Shown piece by piece: positions 14,696 to 20,000 of a DNA stretch of 20,000 nt; the stretch's first letter is position 1; each line of letters begins with the position of its first letter. Source of the stretch: an uncultured virus (IMG/VR IMGVR_UViG_3300011429_000010) (Duplodnaviria > Heunggongvirae > Uroviricota > Caudoviricetes). A program made the translations under genes and the position numbers. Under the pieces are notes generated by a model. It was not told where the DNA came from and ran no database searches. It was given only the letters and a program-made list of their open reading frames with translations. Location: IMG/VR virus record IMGVR_UViG_3300011429_000010. One strand, 5' to 3'.

Positions 14696-16804
14696 ATGTC
14701 GCAATATCAAATTCCCCGGTTCGGTTCCACTAACGACCAGATCGCGGGATACATGCGCGAGGCCACCCAGCAGGGGGAGGCATGGCTGGCGACCCAGCGG
14801 CCGTCCAGCGAGTGGATGAGCATTATCGAGCGCCTGTCCGCGTCCATTCCCCAAGCCGAGTTATCCGGGCAGTCCAACGCCACCTACAACAAAACCGAAC
14901 GAGTGGCGCGTGAATTAGTCGCGTCCCTAGGATCCTTCGCGCACGACGGTGAATTCAAACCCAGTAGCGACAAAAAACTCTACAACCAAGCCGGCGCGCT
15001 GACCAAGCTCGATCGCCACTGGAATAACCAGGAAGACGTGTATTTGACGCAACGCGCGGGCCTGCAGTACGGCATCGCGCTCGGGACCGGTTATCTGGGC
15101 TGCGAGTGGGACAAACATTACCACGGCATGTACAAAGGCGATATCCGCCTGACGGCCTACGCGCCAGACCGCGTGACCTTTGTCCAATTGCCTTCTGACA
15201 ACGATATCCAGCGCGCGTACATCGTGCTGATCAAACACGAACTCCCGATCACCTTCGCCAAGCGCGTCTACGCTCAGACCAATCCCGCCTTCGCGGCGGC
15301 GCTGCAGCCTGACCGCTCCGCCCCCGGCTGGATTTCCAAGGGTCTGCGCAAGGTGCAGGAATTTCTCTCACCCGCGTTGCGCGTCCGCGGCACGCGCCCC
15401 GGCGACGTCGCCGAAGCGTCATTCCCTACGTGTGACATTTTCCACGCGTACATCATGGACGATGCCGTCAACGATATCGGTATTAATCGTCAGATGGGCG
15501 CCATGGGGACGAATTGGTCGTACCAAGTCCCGTCACTGGGCGATCCGATCAACATGGGGATCATGAACCCGGCGACCGGCCAGAATTTCACCCGTCCCGC
15601 CGAACCATCTGACTGCGCATTGTTTCCCTTGCGGCGCCTCGTCATCTTCGCGCGCTCGACCGACATTATCGCCTACGATGGCAGCTCACCGTGGTGGCAC
15701 GGCATGGTCCCGCTCGCGCGCTTCCGGTTCAACGACTGGCCCTGGGAAGCCCTCGGCCGCTCCTGCGTAGGCATGATCGGCTCCTTAGACGATTCCATGA
15801 ATAACATCTTCCGCGGGATGGAAGATTCGATCGCGGTGCGGCTGGATCCCCCCGTCCTGTACAACGACCAGATGGTCAGCCAATCATTCGCGGAGGCGTT
15901 CAATCCACGTAAGGCGGGCGTGCGCGCGGCGGCGAACCTGGACGGCGGCAAGGTGCTGGAATTCCCGGTGCCCCCTGGTCAGTACGACGTCGGCTCGTGG
16001 ATCCCTGAACATCTGCGGTATCTGGATGACCGCGCGGAATATTTAACGGGTGTGCGCGATCTCACCGCCATCGCCAAGGCCAAGCAATTACCCTCTGGCG
16101 ATTCCATCGAAAAGTTATTGGAAATGGCCGGCCCGCTGACGCAGGACATGGTCCGCGCCATTGTCGGCCCGCTTCGCCAGCTCGGTGAAATGCGCAAAGC
16201 CTATTATTTCCAATTCTACACCTACCAGCGGATTTTGCAGGCGTCCGACGCCACCGGGCAACCCGAAGATTGGCTGTACACGCCCGATCAACTGGTCAAC
16301 ACGATCGAGGGCGAGCCGATTGCCCAGCGCCAGAACCGCGCACGGCAATTGTTGTCGGAATTCACCTACAGCGTGACGCAATCCGGCATTTCGGAAATCA
16401 ACCGGATGACCACCAAGCTGTTTTACGCGCAGTTATTGAAATTGGGCTTCCCACTCGATTGGTGGACGTTCGCCAAGATCGCCCAGATTTCGAATTTCGG
16501 GCCCGAACCCGAAGAAACCCACAACGTCATGGAGCGGTGGATCGCCCAGCAACACATCCAGGCCGAGATCCAGGCGAATCTCCAGGAAGAAATGGCCATG
16601 TCCGCCGCCGAGACCGCGGCGAAAACCGGTGGGCTCGGGGCACCGGGCACGGGCGGGCCTCCCGCACCGGGGGGCGAGGGCGGTGGGGGTGGTCCCGCTG
16701 GTCCGGCAGGCCCCAAGCGTCCCGGCCGACCGTCTTCGTTCAACGCGCCGCCCAAATTGGTCAGTAAAGACGGCGGTGAACGCTCGACTATGACCACGTC
16801 ATGA
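14696..16804 (+). CDS. Portal protein
   Basis: 702 aa between terL and the scaffold/capsid genes; strong GGGAGGA SD. Portal-like segments include GIALGTGYL (GTG), wing beta-region, GRSCVGMIGSLDDSMN, EYLTGV, then a Gln-rich and a Gly/Pro-rich tail. Confidence 0.85.
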   Translation: MSQYQIPRFGSTNDQIAGYMREATQQGEAWLATQRPSSEWMSIIERLSASIPQAELSGQSNATYNKTERVARELVASLGSFAHDGEFKPSSDKKLYNQAGALTKLDRHWNNQEDVYLTQRAGLQYGIALGTGYLGCEWDKHYHGMYKGDIRLTAYAPDRVTFVQLPSDNDIQRAYIVLIKHELPITFAKRVYAQTNPAFAAALQPDRSAPGWISKGLRKVQEFLSPALRVRGTRPGDVAEASFPTCDIFHAYIMDDAVNDIGINRQMGAMGTNWSYQVPSLGDPINMGIMNPATGQNFTRPAEPSDCALFPLRRLVIFARSTDIIAYDGSSPWWHGMVPLARFRFNDWPWEALGRSCVGMIGSLDDSMNNIFRGMEDSIAVRLDPPVLYNDQMVSQSFAEAFNPRKAGVRAAANLDGGKVLEFPVPPGQYDVGSWIPEHLRYLDDRAEYLTGVRDLTAIAKAKQLPSGDSIEKLLEMAGPLTQDMVRAIVGPLRQLGEMRKAYYFQFYTYQRILQASDATGQPEDWLYTPDQLVNTIEGEPIAQRQNRARQLLSEFTYSVTQSGISEINRMTTKLFYAQLLKLGFPLDWWTFAKIAQISNFGPEPEETHNVMERWIAQQHIQAEIQANLQEEMAMSAAETAAKTGGLGAPGTGGPPAPGGEGGGGGPAGPAGPKRPGRPSSFNAPPKLVSKDGGERSTMTTS

Positions 16805-17058
16805 TCGATCTCGATCGCACCCTGCGCACGCATCTGGCGCCCAGCGAATTGGCGGAAATCCTCGGGATTTGCCGTCGAGCCGTGTACCACCGCATCAGCC
16901 GGAACCGCGTCCGCTACGACGTGGGCAAGTACGGCGGCTGGCGCATCCCACTTGACGAGTGTAAACGGTTGCGGGACATGGAATTAGGCATTACCATTCC
17001 GGAGAAATCCACGCCCGTGCCCGCGGACACCGTGCAATCTCGCGCAAAATCCCACTGA
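16801..17058 (+). CDS. Helix-turn-helix DNA-binding protein (Xis/MerR-like, HTH_17 type)
   Basis: LAPSELAEILGICRRAVYHRI...GGWRIP pattern; ATGA overlap with the portal gene. Confidence 0.8.
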   Translation: MIDLDRTLRTHLAPSELAEILGICRRAVYHRISRNRVRYDVGKYGGWRIPLDECKRLRDMELGITIPEKSTPVPADTVQSRAKSH

Positions 17059-17064
17059 TTTTCC

Positions 17065-17094
17065 TCGACAGCTTCGCCAATTCCCCCCTACGCT
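17065..17094 (+). promoter_or_regulatory. Putative promoter TCGACA-N18-TACGCT for the head genes
   Basis: One mismatch from TTGACA; TAnnnT -10; same 18-nt spacer as the other promoters; intergenic. Confidence 0.55.
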
Positions 17095-17130
17095 GATCGC
17101 CATTACCGTTATTCGGTTGGAGGGTGTTAC

Positions 17131-17211
17131 ATGGCGAAACCCGGCAAGGGCGGCAAGAAAACCGGCAGCGGCAAAGTGCGAACGACCATGAATCGGCCCT
17201 TCGGCCGGTGA
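17131..17211 (+). CDS. 26-aa Lys/Gly-rich microprotein MAKPGKGGKKTGSGKVRTTMNRPFGR
   Basis: Strong GGAGGG SD before ATG 17131; first ORF after the putative promoter. Confidence 0.65.
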   Translation: MAKPGKGGKKTGSGKVRTTMNRPFGR

Positions 17212-17241
17212 TGCTCGCGCATCAGCCCGCTTTCTAAGCAC

Positions 17242-17559
17242 ATGCCCCCCATCGGCGGCCAAGCCGCAACAGTCCCCGGCGCGATGGACGCCTTCGCCCA
17301 GGGCACGCCGACCGCACCGGCCGGCAGCCCGGATGCGCCGGGCGGCGGGATGGATCAGCAGCGTCAGATGCTCCTGACGATCATGCAGCAAATGCGCGAT
17401 TTCGACGGCCAAATCGATCAAGTCTTCGGGCAGCTGCCGTCGCTCGCGCCGATCGCCACCCAGATGCACACCTTGGTCAAACGCGCCGTGCAGGAAGCCG
17501 TCAAAGCGGCGCCGCAACAGACCGCGTCAAGTGAAGCGGTTCCCATGGGGGCTCAATGA
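17242..17559 (+). CDS. Hypothetical head-module protein (105 aa, Gln/Pro/Ala-rich)
   Basis: ORF between portal and scaffold; ATGA overlap with the next gene. Confidence 0.75.
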   Translation: MPPIGGQAATVPGAMDAFAQGTPTAPAGSPDAPGGGMDQQRQMLLTIMQQMRDFDGQIDQVFGQLPSLAPIATQMHTLVKRAVQEAVKAAPQQTASSEAVPMGAQ

Positions 17560-17711
17560 CCGGGAGTATCAGCATCGGGCTTGTCGCGCTCCTCGCAGTC
17601 CTCGCGCTCGTGACCGCGTGGCTCAGCGCATTGACCCCGCCAAAGGCTCCCGGTTGGGTGGCCATTGTGCTGCTTGCTCTCGCAATTCTGATCATGGCGG
17701 TCCCAAAATAA
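17556..17711 (+). CDS. 51-aa two-TM membrane microprotein MTGSISIGLVALLAVLALVTAWLSALTPPKAPGWVAIVLLALAILIMAVPK
   Basis: Translated by hand; ATGA-coupled; two hydrophobic helices joined by a PPKAPG turn. Confidence 0.7.
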   Translation: MTGSISIGLVALLAVLALVTAWLSALTPPKAPGWVAIVLLALAILIMAVPK

Positions 17712-17742
17712 AATGTCGCAACGTGTCCGATCCCTCGTGATT

Positions 17743-17890
17743 CGCCCCCGGACCCCTCGGGTAGCCCCCGTGGGAAGGGCGGTCGCATCTCATTTCCCCG
17801 GACCCTTGTCAGCCCGTGTAGCCCCGTTGGTGTGTGAAGACACCCTGCCAACGATGTTTCCGTGCGCGCAAGGAAGGGTGAAAGGAAGCA
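17743..17890 (+). promoter_or_regulatory. Putative structured 5' leader RNA of the scaffold gene (two related motif copies)
   Basis: CCCCGGACCC at 17746-17755 and 17796-17805; GTAGCCC at 17761 and 17818; GGAAGGG at 17773 and 17872; several stems can be drawn by eye. Confidence 0.5.
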
Positions 17891-17896
17891 TGAATC

Positions 17897-18829
17897 ATGG
17901 CGATTGATCTTCGAGCGTGGCTCACTGAAATTGGGGTGGCGGCGGACAAAATCGACACGGTGCTGCCAATCATCGAACCGACCGCAGCCAACATCGAAAA
18001 GGCCACGTTGCGACAGTCGGATTATTCGCGTGTCATGAACGACGTGCGGACCCAGCAGACGGCCCTCGACGCCGCCAACCAGCGCGTGAACAACGAACTC
18101 CTGGAAGTCGCGGAAATGCGGGCGGCCGGCGAGCCCATCACCGCCAAGATGCGGACGGATCTGGAAAACTCCCAGGCGGAAGTTGCGCGGTTATCCTCGC
18201 GCCTCAACACGTTGGCCGTGCAGGCGGGCATCGATCCGGCGACGATCGTCCCAGTGCAAGCCCCACCCCAGCGCACCGACGCGCAGGCCGTGGATCTCAG
18301 CGGCTACGTCAAGACCGACGAAGTCAATCGCCAACTCGGACAATTCGCCGATTACTTCGTCACCTTCCCGGCTGAACTCCAGTCGATCGCGCAGGAACAT
18401 TTCGACCTGACCGGCGAACGGCTGGACGCGCGCACCATCGCGGCGGAAATTCGCACCCGCGCGGGGGACAAACACAACCGGCGCGCGGACGGCACGCTGG
18501 TCAAGCCGGTGGACGCGCGATCCATCTGGGAAGAAAAACACGACATTGCCACCAAGCGTGCGGCCAAGGCCACATCCGATATGGACGCGCGGTTGAACGC
18601 CGCGCGCGAGGAAGGCCGCCAGCAGGTTCGCACCGAAGCGGCCTTGCCGGGGGCCACGCCCATCGGCCATCACGCGCCGGTGTTCAAGCGGCCCGGTGAC
18701 GCGCAGGCGCCGAAAACGCCGCGGCCGTCCCAGTCGGCACACAACGATCGCATCAGCGGAGCGGCAGCGGCGATTGCGACTCATCGCTATCGTCCTGCAG
18801 GTACCCCACAACCCGGAGGCGCGCGTTAG
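17897..18829 (+). CDS. Capsid scaffolding protein (putative)
   Basis: Immediately upstream of the capsid gene; LRQSDYSR motif followed by coiled coils, as in many phage scaffolds; AGGAAG SD. Confidence 0.75.
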   Translation: MAIDLRAWLTEIGVAADKIDTVLPIIEPTAANIEKATLRQSDYSRVMNDVRTQQTALDAANQRVNNELLEVAEMRAAGEPITAKMRTDLENSQAEVARLSSRLNTLAVQAGIDPATIVPVQAPPQRTDAQAVDLSGYVKTDEVNRQLGQFADYFVTFPAELQSIAQEHFDLTGERLDARTIAAEIRTRAGDKHNRRADGTLVKPVDARSIWEEKHDIATKRAAKATSDMDARLNAAREEGRQQVRTEAALPGATPIGHHAPVFKRPGDAQAPKTPRPSQSAHNDRISGAAAAIATHRYRPAGTPQPGGAR

Positions 18830-18876
18830 CCTTCGCAGGCAGCCCCTGACGAAATGACGCGCGGAAGGACAATACG

Positions 18877-20000
18877 ATGGACCCGAATGTTGCTGAACTG
18901 AATGCGGTCACGTTATTCGAAATTTATCCCAAGACGATTGAGGATGAATTTTTCCTTGCCGCGCCACTGCTCGCGTACTTCCGTGACCATTGTCTGGTCC
19001 CCTTCACCGGTGGATCATTCATGCAGGCGCCGTTCCGGTACGCCCCGCTGATCGGCGGCTTCTACGCGCCGGGCGCCGGCTTCAACACCATCAAGCGCAC
19101 GACCATCGCGGCGCTGCAATTCGACACGCGGTACGCCTACGTGTCCATTCCTGAATACAAGGAAGAAATTCAGGTCGAGCAAAAGGGTGAATTGGCCGTG
19201 GCCAGTCTCCTCGACGCCGACATGCAGAACGGCATGGACACGATCAACGCCATCTACGCGGTGGCGCTGGCCCAGTCCGGTCAGGGCGTCCGGTCCCTCG
19301 CGGTCAACGGCTGGTCGGAAATCATCAACGACGGCATTACCCCGAGCTGGGACGGCAACATCTACACCAGCTACGGCCTCCAGCTGCGCAACGGCGCCAT
19401 CGGTTCGGTCCTGAATTCCATCCCCGTGTACTGCGGTGACGCGCTGGGCAACCCCGGCGTGGCCGACTATTCGGTGTACGAGGAAGGCTACCAGGACGCC
19501 ACGATCGGCAAAAAGGAACCGAACCTGATGTGCGCCAACAAGGCGGCCATCGCGTACGTCAAGGAAAAGCTGGTCGTCCAGCAGCGATTCCAGCAGGAGC
19601 GCGATCCGGTCTGGGGCGTCATGGGCTTCCGCTTCAACAACGCCATGGTGCTGAAGGACGATTATTTTCCGTCCCTGAAGTACGGGCAGGTTGACCCGGT
19701 CCTGGGCAGCTGGCGTACCGGCACCTTCGTCTCGCCCGGCACCACCGCCAACGGCGGCACTGCGGCGGCGACGTCGAATCTCCCAGTCGCCGGCACCGTC
19801 GTCACGGTCGGCGAAGTCGTGGCCATGTTCAACACTTTCGATTTCCTGTTCCGGGTGACCGACAACGAGGAATTCGGCTTCGGCTTCTCAGGCTTCGTCC
19901 CCGCGCAGGACAACACCAAGGTCGTCGGCCAAGTCAAGGCCATGGCGAACGTCGAAAACATTTCGCCGCGCACCCAGAAACAGTTCTACGGGATCGGCGG
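18877..20000 (+). CDS. Major capsid protein (HK97-fold, putative); stop lies just beyond the window
   Basis: Translated by hand: ATG 18877 with GGAAGGA SD, open for 374 codons to the edge (MDPNVAELNAVTLFEIYPKTIEDEFFLAAPLL...EPNLMCAN...QQRF...GFRFNNAMVLKDDY...SPRTQKQFYGIG). Position after the scaffold, size and motifs fit a capsid protein. Confidence 0.88.
   Translation, partial: MDPNVAELNAVTLFEIYPKTIEDEFFLAAPLLAYFRDHCLVPFTGGSFMQAPFRYAPLIGGFYAPGAGFNTIKRTTIAALQFDTRYAYVSIPEYKEEIQVEQKGELAVASLLDADMQNGMDTINAIYAVALAQSGQGVRSLAVNGWSEIINDGITPSWDGNIYTSYGLQLRNGAIGSVLNSIPVYCGDALGNPGVADYSVYEEGYQDATIGKKEPNLMCANKAAIAYVKEKLVVQQRFQQERDPVWGVMGFRFNNAMVLKDDYFPSLKYGQVDPVLGSWRTGTFVSPGTTANGGTAAATSNLPVAGTVVTVGEVVAMFNTFDFLFRVTDNEEFGFGFSGFVPAQDNTKVVGQVKAMANVENISPRTQKQFYGIG

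Noticed and set aside
17713..17907. 64-aa ORF across the scaffold leader
   Set aside because: No SD and a low-information translation; the region is better explained as a structured leader.
5936..19973. Minus-strand ORFs over the right arm (for example 6387-7073, 12962-13525, 18191-18811, 19662-19973)
   Set aside because: They overlap well-supported plus-strand genes (terL, portal, scaffold, capsid) and have shadow-like composition.
1..20000. Alternative genetic code (stop-codon reassignment)
   Set aside because: Genes tile densely under code 11; TAA, TAG and TGA are all used as real stops followed by coupled starts; terL, portal and capsid are uninterrupted.

Overview
GC-rich tailed dsDNA phage (Caudoviricetes-like) segment with two divergent arms. 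The left arm (1-5136, minus strand) is a tightly packed string of about 14 small hypothetical genes typical of an early/host-takeover region, with sigma70-like promoters. A control region (about 5137-5763) holds an AT-rich patch, three 22-bp tandem repeats, G/T tracts and divergent promoters. The right arm (plus strand) starts with accessory genes (a clear Tad1-family anti-defence sponge protein, a KGG-repeat protein, a Tat-signal protein, small basic proteins). It continues with a DNA packaging/head module: putative TerS, TerL, Zn-ribbon protein, portal, HTH protein, scaffold and a major capsid protein running off the right edge. The most notable unannotated signals are: a recurring G-[YAGCC]-C loop hairpin in the leaders of the scaffold, capsid and tad1 genes; a CAGCTGAGG motif shared by promoter regions on both arms; uniform 18-nt promoter spacers with apparently leaderless starts; and two overlapping protein-like reading frames at 9909/9914. 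All family calls come from recalled motifs, not database searches.
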